Shown here: positions 1-9,878 of the stretch, one piece after another | How the letters are laid out: each line of letters starts with the position of its first letter | How positions within the stretch are numbered: the stretch's first letter is position 1 | Assembly: GCA_965199825.1 (NCBI GenBank) | Contig: OZ241329.1 | Location: 1,440,001-1,504,000, forward strand | DNA length: 64,000 bases | Direction of reading: 5' to 3' | DNA from: Bdellovibrionales bacterium | GTDB lineage: Bacteria > Bdellovibrionota > Bdellovibrionia > Bdellovibrionales > UBA1609 | Made by a program: the position numbers and the translations under genes | The notes under the pieces: model-generated | The model's database searches: none | Told to the model about the DNA's origin: nothing | What the model saw: the letters and a program-made list of their open reading frames with translations, nothing else

Positions 1-303
1 CAAAATAAATCCTAAAACATAGCTCTGCCAAGTTTGGGGCAGCCAGGTCATCGACACAAAAAATCCTGCGATCTCATCAATCACAACTTCTTTTGGATCA
101 TGAGTGCCATTCAGATCTTCGTAACTTTGCGAAATGATCACAGCAAAAATTGTGATCGCCAAAGTGATTGCCATGTAAACAAGAGGACCTGTTTGACTGA
201 CTAAATAAACTAAAGGAATAGCAACAACAGTCCCATAGGTTCCAGGGCCGCGAGGAAACTTTTTGGCAAAACCAGCTGTAGCAAAAAACTCAATAAAACC
301 CAT
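1..303 (-). CDS. pgpA: Phosphatidylglycerophosphatase A (5' part; runs off the window)
   Basis: Manual translation from ATG at 303 gives MGFIEFFATAGFAKKFPRGPGTYGT...HDPKEVVIDEIAG, with the PGTxGT and HDPxxxVIDE motifs of PgpA. Absent from the ORF track because it is truncated. Confidence 0.9.
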   Translation of the reverse strand, partial: MGFIEFFATAGFAKKFPRGPGTYGTVVAIPLVYLVSQTGPLVYMAITLAITIFAVIISQSYEDLNGTHDPKEVVIDEIAGFFVSMTWLPQTWQSYVLGFIL

Positions 304-401
304 GCCCTAAATGAGTGATTTGAGCAGGTGAAGTCAAGACGATAGACGAGATGAAAAGAAATGGACTCTTAACCATTTTGATTGACCGATATAGTAAACA
401 A

Positions 402-1589
402 ATGACCCTCGAAGAACTACTGAGATTAGCCATGAGTAAGATGGCAAGTGATGTCCATCTCAAGGTCGGGCTTATGCCAGTGATTCGTCGTCATGGGATC
501 TTAAGGCCCCTTGCCGCAAACCTATCACCGATCACTACCGAACAACTCGACGAGATGCTGTTTGGGATCATGGACGCTAAACAAAAAGAACACTTCGAAG
601 AATTTAAAGAAATTGATTTGGGCTATGGGCTTACGGGTCTCGGGCGATTTCGGATCAATGCCTTTAAGCAACGTGGAAGCTTAAGACTTGTGATCAGAAA
701 TATTCCTCACGATGTGCCAACCATTGAGCAACTGCAGTTGCCAGAGGTTGTTCGAAAAATTGCTCATCTTGAAAGGGGTTTAGTGCTTGTCACCGGAGTG
801 ACCGGATCAGGCAAATCCTCGACTCTTGCGGCAATGATCGATGAGGTCAACCGCACTATGAATAAGCACATCATCACAATTGAAGACCCCATCGAATTTT
901 TGATTCGCGATCGCAAAAGTATTTTGTCACAACGAGAGCTCGGAGTGGATTCGACCACGTACGCACGAGCCCTTCGTGCAGCTTTAAGACAAGACCCGGA
1001 TGTGATTTTAATCGGTGAGATGCGTGATCGCGAAACTATCGAGACTGCACTTTTAGCTGCCGAAACAGGTCATCTTGTTCTCTCAACTCTACACACGATG
1101 GATGCCACCGAAACCATCAACCGGGTTGTTGGAGCGTTTGAACTTCATCAACAAGTCCAGGTGCGCCTGCAGTTGGGATCGGTTTTAAAAGCGGTCATCA
1201 GTCAGCGGCTAGCCCGCTGTGCCGACAAGTCGGGCTACATTCCCGCGGTCGAAGTGATGGTGGTCAATCCGCGTGTCCGAGAGATGATCGAAGATCGGGT
1301 CAGAACCAAAGAAATAATCCAAGCAATCGAAGAAGGACAGGTGGCGTGGGGCATGCAATCCTTTGATCAAAGCTTGATGTCTTTGCTTGCCCAAGGGCAT
1401 ATTACTGAGCCGGAAGCCTTGTCGCTTTCGACCAGCCCCGAAGATTTTAAAATTAGATATAACGGCATCACCGCAATGGATGGAAAAAAATGGGCCAATG
1501 CCAAAAAGACCGAGAACATGATTCCCGACTCGGAACTCCAGATCGAGTCGATCGAGGATCCCAAGGACAAGCGGAAGAAATCAAGTTAG
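402..1589 (+). CDS. pilT: Type IV pilus twitching-motility ATPase, PilT/PilU family
   Basis: ASDVHL, GRFRIN, Walker A GVTGSGKSS, TIEDPIE, ALRQDPDVILIGEMRD, ETGHLVLSTLH, GMQSFDQ. ATG 402 preferred over 351. Confidence 0.92.
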   Translation: MTLEELLRLAMSKMASDVHLKVGLMPVIRRHGILRPLAANLSPITTEQLDEMLFGIMDAKQKEHFEEFKEIDLGYGLTGLGRFRINAFKQRGSLRLVIRNIPHDVPTIEQLQLPEVVRKIAHLERGLVLVTGVTGSGKSSTLAAMIDEVNRTMNKHIITIEDPIEFLIRDRKSILSQRELGVDSTTYARALRAALRQDPDVILIGEMRDRETIETALLAAETGHLVLSTLHTMDATETINRVVGAFELHQQVQVRLQLGSVLKAVISQRLARCADKSGYIPAVEVMVVNPRVREMIEDRVRTKEIIQAIEEGQVAWGMQSFDQSLMSLLAQGHITEPEALSLSTSPEDFKIRYNGITAMDGKKWANAKKTENMIPDSELQIESIEDPKDKRKKSS

Positions 1590-2005
1590 TCGCAGCCGCG
1601 TTGAATCACATCGGGATCTACGTCGCCAATCGTGATCATTCTGAAAAAGAACTCCGGTTTAAATTAAAAAAAAATTATCCATCACAAATTATTGATCAAG
1701 CCCTAGAGCAAGCAAGAGAACAAAGACTTTTGCGTGATCCAAGTTTGATTGCCGAGGCTGTGTGCCAAGCTTTGTTACGTAAAAAAAAGAGTTATTCCTA
1801 CATCCGCTCTTATTTAAGCAAAAAAGGTTTACCAACAAACATCACTGCTGACGAAGATATCGAAAAGGATTTGGCAAAAAGAATTGTCGAGAGCCAATTT
1901 GGCGAATCAAAAGATATGACACAAGACCAAAAGCGTAAGGCCGCCTCACGATTAAAATCGCGAGGGTTTTCAATGTCGAGCATTAAATCAGTTTTATTTA
2001 GTTAG
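1490..2005 (+). CDS. recX: RecX regulatory protein (start uncertain)
   Basis: RDHSEKELRFKL, YLSKKGL and RLKSRGFS match the three RecX helical repeats. Confidence 0.8.
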   Translation: MGQCQKDREHDSRLGTPDRVDRGSQGQAEEIKLVAAALNHIGIYVANRDHSEKELRFKLKKNYPSQIIDQALEQAREQRLLRDPSLIAEAVCQALLRKKKSYSYIRSYLSKKGLPTNITADEDIEKDLAKRIVESQFGESKDMTQDQKRKAASRLKSRGFSMSSIKSVLFS

Positions 2006-2954
2006 TGATATCGGCTGCAGATGGAAGGTCTGAACCATCATTTGACGGTGTGCTGTCGTCATCATCTCTTTCGGGCAACTTCATATATTTTTGCTGAGGG
2101 GCTGACGGACTGTTCCAATCCACTTGATGTGCATCTTGCAAAAGATTTTTCAAAAAGGAATTGGAGTGATTATACGCATCGTAAAGCGGATCTTCCACAG
2201 AGGAATCAATACGCGAATTTGGCGGACGATTAAAATAATAAAGCAGACGCCAGAAATTATATAATTTCTGTTTAGGAATCGAACTATTAATAGAATGTTT
2301 ATTTTGTGCAAATTTCTGCAGAAACTCTAATTCTGAAGGCAAAATAGTGAGGAGTTCTATTCGCAGTTTTAAACGCTCCATCAGAAATTTTCGATTAACA
2401 ACACCCTCTTCTATCGATTGAGCCGCAGAAATGGTTTCTTGGTCGCGCTTGATGCTAGTTTCATCCTTTGCATTTAACTGAACGATTCTTATATATCTTT
2501 TAATTCCACGAAGAAAATCGTTATACATAGTGGCCAATTGAGTTAATTCGGCCAATCGACTCGCCACTTCAGCAGGGGGTATGCTTACTTTTGTCATCAT
2601 GACATGTACCGCTCTGTTGTAATCAGCTTCCTCCCAGCGCTTTGACAATTCAGGAATCTGATTGGCTACTTTTGCAAGTTCATCAAAATGAGCAATGCGG
2701 TCAAGCCTAACAACAACCTGATCAAAAAGTGAGTAGTAGGTATTGCCAATCGCATAGAGATCATGGGGCGTAAGCTTACCTACTGAGGTGATCAATTTAT
2801 CAATGTCGGGAATAATCAGGGGTGGATCTTCGCTCACTTCGCTCAGCAACCATTTGCAAGCTTCACTCGGCGAAGCTTCTTGCTCAGCAAACGCAGGAGA
2901 ACCTGACAAAAAATGGGCAGCGAATAAACAAAGTAGGATCATCGTAGTTTTCAA
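1998..2954 (-). CDS. Secreted hypothetical protein (helical)
   Basis: 318-aa ORF, signal peptide ending AFA, GAAAGGGG RBS, upstream sigma54-like motif. Confidence 0.7.
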   Translation of the reverse strand: MKTTMILLCLFAAHFLSGSPAFAEQEASPSEACKWLLSEVSEDPPLIIPDIDKLITSVGKLTPHDLYAIGNTYYSLFDQVVVRLDRIAHFDELAKVANQIPELSKRWEEADYNRAVHVMMTKVSIPPAEVASRLAELTQLATMYNDFLRGIKRYIRIVQLNAKDETSIKRDQETISAAQSIEEGVVNRKFLMERLKLRIELLTILPSELEFLQKFAQNKHSINSSIPKQKLYNFWRLLYYFNRPPNSRIDSSVEDPLYDAYNHSNSFLKNLLQDAHQVDWNSPSAPQQKYMKLPERDDDDSTPSNDGSDLPSAADITN

Positions 2955-2989
2955 TCGGCCCCTTTCTTGTGAGCGGCGAAATACTCAGA

Positions 2990-3004
2990 GCAATTTGCGT
3001 TCCA
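2990..3004 (-). promoter_or_regulatory. Putative sigma54 (-24/-12) promoter
   Basis: Minus strand TGGAACGCAAATTGC (GG-N10-GC), about 36 nt upstream of the 2954 start. Confidence 0.6.
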
Positions 3005-3115
3005 ACCGTTTGATATTCCTAGAGCATCGGCCTAAAAATACAAGGGGCAAAATGTCTAAAATCTGTCGCGCTTTTTGCACAATTTCAGAGTGGGACTTAT
3101 GCGATCGAAATTTTA

Positions 3116-3592
3116 TTAAAAAGAACACGGAATTGGGTTTGAATTAACCTTGCAACGACTGTGTTCGGGGCTGAACTCAAAAGCGGTTGTAGATTTTTTA
3201 TCTAAGATGTATTCGCCTGGCGCTTTTTTGGTTCTTCGTTGGATCACTTCGTCGATTCCAAAGACCACTTTTGAGTTTGAGATGTGTCCAACGATCCAGT
3301 GCAACTCCTCCACAGGAGCCGATTTGGCGTTGAGGTACCACATTTGAAATTGAATAAAATATTCATGTGCTCTCGAAAAGAGTATAACTTCATCCCACTC
3401 CGAAAGTTCTGCAAGATCGGGCATTGAAGCAATATTGCGATAAGTGCCATCGTTTAAAAGAATTTTTTTGGCGGTGATCTGCAACTGCCAACGATCAATT
3501 TTAAGTTCGCAGCTCTTCATTTGACGAGACTGCGGGGGACATGTTGTTTGTGCAAAGGACGTCGACAATAAAAATAACAGCGAGTGTAGCAT
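3116..3592 (-). CDS. Secreted hypothetical protein
   Basis: MLHSLLFLLSTSFA signal peptide, paired Cys, fills the gap before mutY. Confidence 0.65.
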   Translation of the reverse strand: MLHSLLFLLSTSFAQTTCPPQSRQMKSCELKIDRWQLQITAKKILLNDGTYRNIASMPDLAELSEWDEVILFSRAHEYFIQFQMWYLNAKSAPVEELHWIVGHISNSKVVFGIDEVIQRRTKKAPGEYILDKKSTTAFEFSPEHSRCKVNSNPIPCSF

Positions 3593-3597
3593 CGCCC

Positions 3598-4590
3598 ATG
3601 ATGACAAGTGTGACTAAAGCGGTCAAATTCCAACTCCTCAATTGGTATCAAGAAAACAAGCGACCGCTGCCGTGGCGTAGAAATCGTGATGCCTATCCGG
3701 TTTGGATTTCTGAAACAATGTTGCAGCAAACAACATCTCAAGCGGTGATTCCTTATTTTGAGCGTTTTCTAAAGCGGTTTCCCAAGCTCTCAGATCTTGC
3801 AAACGGGCGAATCGAAGATGTGTATGAAGTATGGGCGGGCCTTGGATATTATTCTCGCGCTCGAAACCTTCACAAAGCCTCACAGATTCTTAACCAAATT
3901 GGATTTCAAAAAAATTATCTCGAACTTATTAAGTTACCCGGCTTTGGCCCTTACACCGCACGTGCAGTGGCCAGCATCGCCTTCGATGAAAGCGTTGGGG
4001 TGATCGATGGCAACACGATTCGTGTGGTGTCGCGTTTAGAGGATCAACCCTTTGAGTGGTGGAAACAAAATGTGCGAAAGCACTTACAACTTATTGTTGA
4101 TTCTTATGTTGCCGATACCCCTTCGCACTTAATGAACCAGGCGTTGATGGAACTCGGCGCAACAATTTGTACGCCAAAATCTCCAGCCTGTTTTTTGTGT
4201 CCAATGCGAGAAGTTTGTGGAGCTTTTAAAAATAATACGGTTTCTGAGCGGCCTTTAAAAAAACCTCGGCGCGAAAGAGAAATATGGGCATGGCAGCCAA
4301 GCCTCGAATTTTTTGATGAGCACATTGGATTTATAACCAATGATTACGCCCCATTTTTGAAAGGACAACTGCTCCTACCAGGTAAGGTAATGAGGCTAGA
4401 CAAAAGACCGGAACGTTTTGATTTTCGCCATTCTATCACCCACCATGACATCTACGTGACGGTCACAAAAAAAATCTCTAAACTAAAAAAGACCTCTAGG
4501 ACGGAGATAAGATGGATAAAAACGGAGAACGTAAAACAGATTGTCCCACTCGCACTCGTGCAAAAAACTATTCGTTTTTCGCAAAAATAA
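3598..4590 (+). CDS. mutY: A/G-specific adenine glycosylase
   Basis: LPWR, VWISETMLQQT, WAGLGYYSRARNL, HhH LPGFGPYTA, DGN, [4Fe-4S] motif CTPKSPACFLCPMREVC. Confidence 0.95.
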   Translation: MMTSVTKAVKFQLLNWYQENKRPLPWRRNRDAYPVWISETMLQQTTSQAVIPYFERFLKRFPKLSDLANGRIEDVYEVWAGLGYYSRARNLHKASQILNQIGFQKNYLELIKLPGFGPYTARAVASIAFDESVGVIDGNTIRVVSRLEDQPFEWWKQNVRKHLQLIVDSYVADTPSHLMNQALMELGATICTPKSPACFLCPMREVCGAFKNNTVSERPLKKPRREREIWAWQPSLEFFDEHIGFITNDYAPFLKGQLLLPGKVMRLDKRPERFDFRHSITHHDIYVTVTKKISKLKKTSRTEIRWIKTENVKQIVPLALVQKTIRFSQK

Positions 4591-5570
4591 TCATCATACC
4601 ATTTTTGTTTTTAAACACAAATTGTAGGACTTCACCAAAGCCGGTTGTTGCGGATCTCACAGCAAAAATATTGGAGCCTCAAAGTGAGAACTATGATGCC
4701 CATTTTTCGGCAGATGGCACGCGCATCTTATTCGTAAGCAGCGGCAGGCCAAGTCATATGCAACCCCAAATTTACGAAAGAAATTTGAGCACAGGCCGTG
4801 AACGCCGAGTTACTTTTCAAGATGGCGACACCTCTTCACCCCGTTATGCCACTAAAGGCCGCGCATTTTTTTACGCCAGCACTACGGACGAAGTAAAAGA
4901 AAACCCAGTTTTTTTACAGCGCTCTATACAATCAGAACCGGTGCGCTCTGAGACCGAGCTGATGCTGCCTACCGACATTTACTCCTCAGAATTAAATGGC
5001 GATCGTATTCAACGTTTGACCGATGTGCGCGGGTTCGATGGCGACCTTGCGATTCATCCCAAGACCGATCAAATTTATTTTGCCTCAAACAGGCTTGGAC
5101 GTTTGCAAATCTTTACGATGCCCTCTGGTGGCGGCACTCCGCGATTGGTGTCGGTGGATAAAACCCGATCCGAATCCCAACCTGCAATTTCACCAGATGG
5201 AAAACTCATGGCATGGGTGCAGTACGGAGACGATATGAAATCCTCGCAAATTGTGGTGGGAAATATGAAAGGTGAAGTTTTAAACACCCTGACCTCGGGC
5301 GATTTTTTAAATGTGTCGCCCTCATGGGCGCCAAACAGCGATGATATTTTATTTTCTGCCAATCGCACCGGTCCAAATGTCTTTGAGATTTTTATGATTA
5401 AAAAAGATGGTTCGTGTTTAAGGCGAATCACCACCGATCAGGTTCGTAATAGCAGGCCAAGCTTGAGTCCCGATGGAACAAAAATCCTATTTACAAGCAA
5501 CCGCAATGGATTAAATCAGATCTATTTACAGCCATTTCAAGCGCCTGTTTGTGGACCTGAGAAAAGCTGA
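4512..5570 (+). CDS. TolB-like PD40 beta-propeller protein
   Basis: Repeated FSADGTRILF, ISPDGK, WAPNSDDILFS and LSPDGTKILFTSNRNG units. Confidence 0.8.
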   Translation: MDKNGERKTDCPTRTRAKNYSFFAKIIIIPFLFLNTNCRTSPKPVVADLTAKILEPQSENYDAHFSADGTRILFVSSGRPSHMQPQIYERNLSTGRERRVTFQDGDTSSPRYATKGRAFFYASTTDEVKENPVFLQRSIQSEPVRSETELMLPTDIYSSELNGDRIQRLTDVRGFDGDLAIHPKTDQIYFASNRLGRLQIFTMPSGGGTPRLVSVDKTRSESQPAISPDGKLMAWVQYGDDMKSSQIVVGNMKGEVLNTLTSGDFLNVSPSWAPNSDDILFSANRTGPNVFEIFMIKKDGSCLRRITTDQVRNSRPSLSPDGTKILFTSNRNGLNQIYLQPFQAPVCGPEKS

Positions 5571-6076
5571 TGCTCGCATTCCTTATGGTCATTTTAATGT
5601 TTGCAGAGGCCGCACCGATTGCGGCCGTTTTGGTTGACCAAAAATCATTTAAGTCCTCGCTCGGGTTTTCTCTCAGTAATGAAAACACCGATTGGAAAGC
5701 GCTGCCTACACCGACGCCACCAATTTCCTTTTTGTATCGAGGTCCACAAATACATAATGGTGTCCAGCCGGCGCTCACCGTAAGAGCTGACGTTTTGCCC
5801 TCAGTCCAATCACCAAAAACTTACGCCCACCAATGGATGAAGGATTACTACCGTCTAGGATTTGATGTGCTCAATTCAAAACCTGTTAGCGTCAGTGGAA
5901 ATGATGGATTTTTGATCGATGCCATTCATCGGCAAAGTGCGCGAAGACTCAGGCAAATTATTTTTTTAAAAAATAAAGTGGCTGTGGTTTTAACATGTCG
6001 AGATCATGTTGACGGGTTTGAACAAAGTCTTAAAACCTGCAACACCATTGCTCGCAGCTTTCACTGGACGAATTAA
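5570..6076 (+). CDS. Exported hypothetical protein (possible PsbP/DcrB-like fold)
   Basis: Signal peptide, translationally coupled to the TolB-like gene, ends IARSFHW. Confidence 0.6.
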   Translation: MLAFLMVILMFAEAAPIAAVLVDQKSFKSSLGFSLSNENTDWKALPTPTPPISFLYRGPQIHNGVQPALTVRADVLPSVQSPKTYAHQWMKDYYRLGFDVLNSKPVSVSGNDGFLIDAIHRQSARRLRQIIFLKNKVAVVLTCRDHVDGFEQSLKTCNTIARSFHWTN

Positions 6077-7740
6077 GAACCAAGAAGTCGTTTAAAAAAT
6101 CCCGAAACTTTTTGGACAATTCCTTGAGGCTGTTTTTTTGTGACATTCAATGGCCGACGCTCAAGCGGTTTTCTGTTTACTCGAGGTGCGTTTTGTTGGC
6201 GTTGAGGCGGAGCCGCGTGTTTGGGATCGCGTCGTTGTTGAGGTCCGCGTTGGGGTTGTTGCTCTTGAGCGGGGCGTGCATTTTGACGATGCCGTCCCAT
6301 TTGTCGATCGCGGTGATGTCCCGAACCGGCTTGCGGTTTTTCCTGTGAATCTGCTGATTGGGGTCGAGCAGGGCGTGGTGGTCGACGATCTTGTTGCCGT
6401 GCAGGAGGGCGTCCTCGGTCTGGACCGCTTCGTTGTTGTGGCTTTTTGCTTCGTGGACCTTGGGATTGTGAATCCACTTCGTATTCATTTGGAAATGCTT
6501 GAAAGTCTTTGAGTAAGTCCGACGACTCAAGCCAACCCGTTTCGACTTTATGTCCAAGGTAAGTTTCAACCCGCGATAAGGCATCCACATCGCGATCGCT
6601 CACCAAACTAAATGCTCGCCCGGTTTGACCCGCGCGGCCAGTACGACCAATACGGTGAACATAATTTTCGGGATCGTCGGGTAAATCATAATTGATGACC
6701 ATATCGACACCCAAAATATCTAAACCTCGAGCGGCGAGATCAGTGGCAATCAAAATATTGCTTTCGTTTTCGGCCTTAAACTGCGCAATCACTCGGGCTC
6801 TTTGGGCCTGAGTGAGCAAACTTGAAATTCCCATTGCAGGCAAATTATTGCGATTTAAAAAGACCGCGATGCGCTCGACATTTCTTTTAAAATTTGAAAA
6901 CACAATAATTTGTCTGGGTTTGTGTTTTTTGATGAGCGACAAAAGATGCATTGGTTTTTCGGATTGGCCCACATGAAAAAGTTCATCTTTCACATTTTCG
7001 GCTTTAGCCTGATCTTTACTAATATTGATTTCGACGGGGTCAGCGCCAAACTCGTAAGCCGTATTTAAAACATCAAAATTCATGGTCGCACTAAAAACTA
7101 AAAACTGACGCTCTCGAGGAATACGCTTTAAAATAAACTTCATGTCATCTTTAAAGCCCATATCGAACATGCGATCGGCTTCATCAAAAACCACACCGCG
7201 AACTTGTCGAAGATCAACCAAATGTTCTTTGAATAAATCAATCAATCGCCCAGGTGTCGCAATCACAAATTCAACACCATCAGCAAATGCTTTTTTTTGT
7301 ACTTCGTAAGAAGTCCCGCCATAAACAGAAACCGCAGACAGTGATGTGCCGTCTAGAAGTTGTTGCGCATTGGTGAACACTTGCTCGGCAAGCTCACGTG
7401 TCGGAACCAAAATCAAAATAAATTGACGCTTTTTCCAATCCGTAAACTGACGCTCTAAACTTTTCGCACCTTCGTGTTCAGGTGCATTGGGCTCACCGGC
7501 TGGGGTGGGTTCCATTCCGCGGAGCACACGATCAATCAATGGCAATAGAAAGGCCGCGGTTTTTCCGGTGCCCGTTTGAGCGAGCCCCGCCACGTCACGT
7601 CCCATTAACAGCGCGGGAATAGCTTGCGACTGTATAGGAGTGCATTCTGAGAAATTCATTTTTGCCAGAGTAGATAAAAGATGGGGATGCAGTTCTAATT
7701 CAGAAAATTTCACTTCAAACCTGGGTGATCGAGTTGACAC
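6073..7740 (-). CDS. rhlB: DEAD-box RNA helicase, RhlB-like, with Q/R/P-rich C-terminal tail
   Basis: CTPIQ, AQTGTGKT, PTRELA, TPGRL, DEADRMFDMGF, SAT, YVHRIGRTGRAG. The DVAGLAQTGTG and DRMFDMGF wording resembles RhlB. Confidence 0.8.
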   Translation of the reverse strand: MSTRSPRFEVKFSELELHPHLLSTLAKMNFSECTPIQSQAIPALLMGRDVAGLAQTGTGKTAAFLLPLIDRVLRGMEPTPAGEPNAPEHEGAKSLERQFTDWKKRQFILILVPTRELAEQVFTNAQQLLDGTSLSAVSVYGGTSYEVQKKAFADGVEFVIATPGRLIDLFKEHLVDLRQVRGVVFDEADRMFDMGFKDDMKFILKRIPRERQFLVFSATMNFDVLNTAYEFGADPVEINISKDQAKAENVKDELFHVGQSEKPMHLLSLIKKHKPRQIIVFSNFKRNVERIAVFLNRNNLPAMGISSLLTQAQRARVIAQFKAENESNILIATDLAARGLDILGVDMVINYDLPDDPENYVHRIGRTGRAGQTGRAFSLVSDRDVDALSRVETYLGHKVETGWLESSDLLKDFQAFPNEYEVDSQSQGPRSKKPQQRSGPDRGRPPARQQDRRPPRPARPQSADSQEKPQAGSGHHRDRQMGRHRQNARPAQEQQPQRGPQQRRDPKHAAPPQRQQNAPRVNRKPLERRPLNVTKKQPQGIVQKVSGFFKRLLGS

Positions 7741-7762
7741 AAATAGTCACGTAGTGGAAACA

Positions 7763-8611
7763 TTAAACTATCCTCTCTTTAAGATCAACGGTTAGAAATT
7801 CTAGAGTCACCTTTTTAAAAAGATCGGGCTGATCAAAGTGGACCCAGTGACCCGAATCGGGGATTTCGACGCCTCTTGAACGTGGGTTACTGTTAAGCAT
7901 TCTGTCAAAATCAGCCCTTGGTAAATCTGGCGAATTTTCGCCACGAATCACGAGTGACGGTATTTTGAGGGATTCCCATTCTTGCCAACGATCGTGTCGA
8001 TTTCCCTCGGCAATGGTTTCAAGAATTCCCTCGAGTGAAAATCGCCAATGAGCCCCGGTTTCAGATTCAACAATATTCATGTAAAAAAAGTTGGCCATCG
8101 CGAGAGCCTGTTTGGCTGTTGAAAAGTTTTTTTGAAACTCGCCAAATAAATAATTTTTGGCGGCCTCGCGATTGGCAAAGGGCACAGGCACACTGCGAAT
8201 CCATTTTTCGATTGTGCCACTACTAGAGGCATTGATTCCGGGGGTGATGTCCTCGATGACTAAGCGCCGAACTTGTTTGGGATAGAGTGATGAAAAAACT
8301 AACGCGACTCGTGCACCCATTGAATGACCGATAATATCGATTTCGGTCCATTTTAATTCATCCAAGATCAATTTTAAATCGCGGGCGTAATTTTCGTAAG
8401 TATAAGGAGAATAAAGGTGGGCGGAGTATCCGTGGCCGCGCTGATCATAGGTTAAGACCTCAAATTGGGGCTCAAAAGCACCCTTAATGCGACTCCAGTT
8501 CATGAGCGATCCCATGATTCCATGAAGAAGCACCAGTTTCTTTCCTTGCGCCTGCCCCGAAATTTGGTAGTTAAATTGGTTTGAAACAATCACCGGGTGT
8601 ATCAACCTCAT
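7763..8611 (-). CDS. Alpha/beta hydrolase, YbfF/ABHD11-like esterase
   Basis: LLHGIMGS, DQRGHG, nucleophile GHSMG, GHWVH. Confidence 0.88.
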   Translation of the reverse strand: MRLIHPVIVSNQFNYQISGQAQGKKLVLLHGIMGSLMNWSRIKGAFEPQFEVLTYDQRGHGYSAHLYSPYTYENYARDLKLILDELKWTEIDIIGHSMGARVALVFSSLYPKQVRRLVIEDITPGINASSSGTIEKWIRSVPVPFANREAAKNYLFGEFQKNFSTAKQALAMANFFYMNIVESETGAHWRFSLEGILETIAEGNRHDRWQEWESLKIPSLVIRGENSPDLPRADFDRMLNSNPRSRGVEIPDSGHWVHFDQPDLFKKVTLEFLTVDLKERIV

Positions 8612-9851
8612 GACTCAACAGCTTGAGCTGCCAGCAAAACTTTTAGATTCACATGCAGTTGGCATTGTTAAGGCTCTTCAAAAGGCAGGTCACACGACCT
8701 TCCTCGTAGGCGGATGTGTACGAGATTTACTTGTAGGCCTCAAGCCAAAAGATTTCGACATCGGCACCTCGGCCCAGCCCGAACAAGTACGAAAAATCAT
8801 TTATCGCTCCTATGTTATCGGCAAACGATTTCGGTTGGTGCTGATCAGAAGAGACGATCAGCAGTATGAGGTGGCCACCTTTCGCCGTGAAGTCTCGGCC
8901 GAAGACGTGCGGATTTCTGCGGCCGAAAACTCCGAAATTCCAAAGGGCGATAATTTTTTTGGAACTCCACAAGAGGATGCCTGCCGCAGAGATTTCACTA
9001 TTAATGCTTTGTTTTATGATCCGGTTAAAAAAATTTTGATCGACTACTGTTCTGGAATGGCCGATCTCGATGCCCGATTGATCAGGATCATTGGTGACCC
9101 TGTGACCCGCTTAAAGGAAGATCCCATTCGAATTTTGCGTGGAGTGCGACTAGCGCATAAACTCGGATTTTCGATCGAGTCTCAGTTGCGCTCGGCAATG
9201 ATCGAGACCGCATCGACTTTACAAACCACAGTGCTCCCAAGGCGGCGGGAGGAGATCTTAAAAATCTTACGGCTCGATGATCCGGCGCTTACTTTTTTAG
9301 AGTTGTATGATTTAGGAATTCTCGAATCCATTTTGCCCGGGCTTTCGCCAATATTTGCCGATCCAGAAAAGCAAAAAATCTTTTTGCATTATATGGGGCA
9401 ATTTCATGAACGCTCGCTCGATCTTGCAAGTCCCTTAGAACTTTTTGGAACACTGCTGCTTGCGGTCTTGCGCTCGAGATTTGACGGCAATGACCGCACC
9501 CATTTGAATGATAAAGAAATGATCAAATTGATGCGTGATGAACTTGGAATGTTCAAATACGAACAAGCCCTGTTTGGTAAATCTCTCCAGCTGCAGTCGA
9601 TTATGAAAAAAAAGCGTGACTTCGAAAAACGTGGGCCACGCCGACGTCAGGCGGTTGTTGGAACTGAGGCTTTTAAACTGGCATTGCAATTGGCCGAACG
9701 CGATTATTGGCTCACAGCCGAAGAGTTGCATTTTTGGCGGAACGAAGCCCTCATTGCTCCCGAGGTCGAAGAGGAAGACCAACGGCCAAGACGGCGTCGT
9801 CGAAGACGATTTACAAAATCCTCAACACCTGTACAAAACGATCAAGAATAG
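8610..9851 (+). CDS. pcnB: Poly(A) polymerase I
   Basis: VGGCVRDLL, KDFDI, PAP signature VIGKRFRLVLI, RRDFTINAL, EDPIRILR, poly-Arg tail. Confidence 0.88.
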   Translation: MTQQLELPAKLLDSHAVGIVKALQKAGHTTFLVGGCVRDLLVGLKPKDFDIGTSAQPEQVRKIIYRSYVIGKRFRLVLIRRDDQQYEVATFRREVSAEDVRISAAENSEIPKGDNFFGTPQEDACRRDFTINALFYDPVKKILIDYCSGMADLDARLIRIIGDPVTRLKEDPIRILRGVRLAHKLGFSIESQLRSAMIETASTLQTTVLPRRREEILKILRLDDPALTFLELYDLGILESILPGLSPIFADPEKQKIFLHYMGQFHERSLDLASPLELFGTLLLAVLRSRFDGNDRTHLNDKEMIKLMRDELGMFKYEQALFGKSLQLQSIMKKKRDFEKRGPRRRQAVVGTEAFKLALQLAERDYWLTAEELHFWRNEALIAPEVEEEDQRPRRRRRRRFTKSSTPVQNDQE

Positions 9852-9878
9852 GTATAGATAGCTTTTTTGGAGGTACTT

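Noticed and set aside
366..392. Sigma28 promoter for pilT (ACCGATAT)
   Set aside because: A -10-like word is present, but the TTAA element is not at the 15-nt spacing; too weak to call.
1998..2954. Mobile element or genomic island suggested by AT-rich composition
   Set aside because: A single gene with no integrase, transposase, terminal repeats or tRNA nearby.
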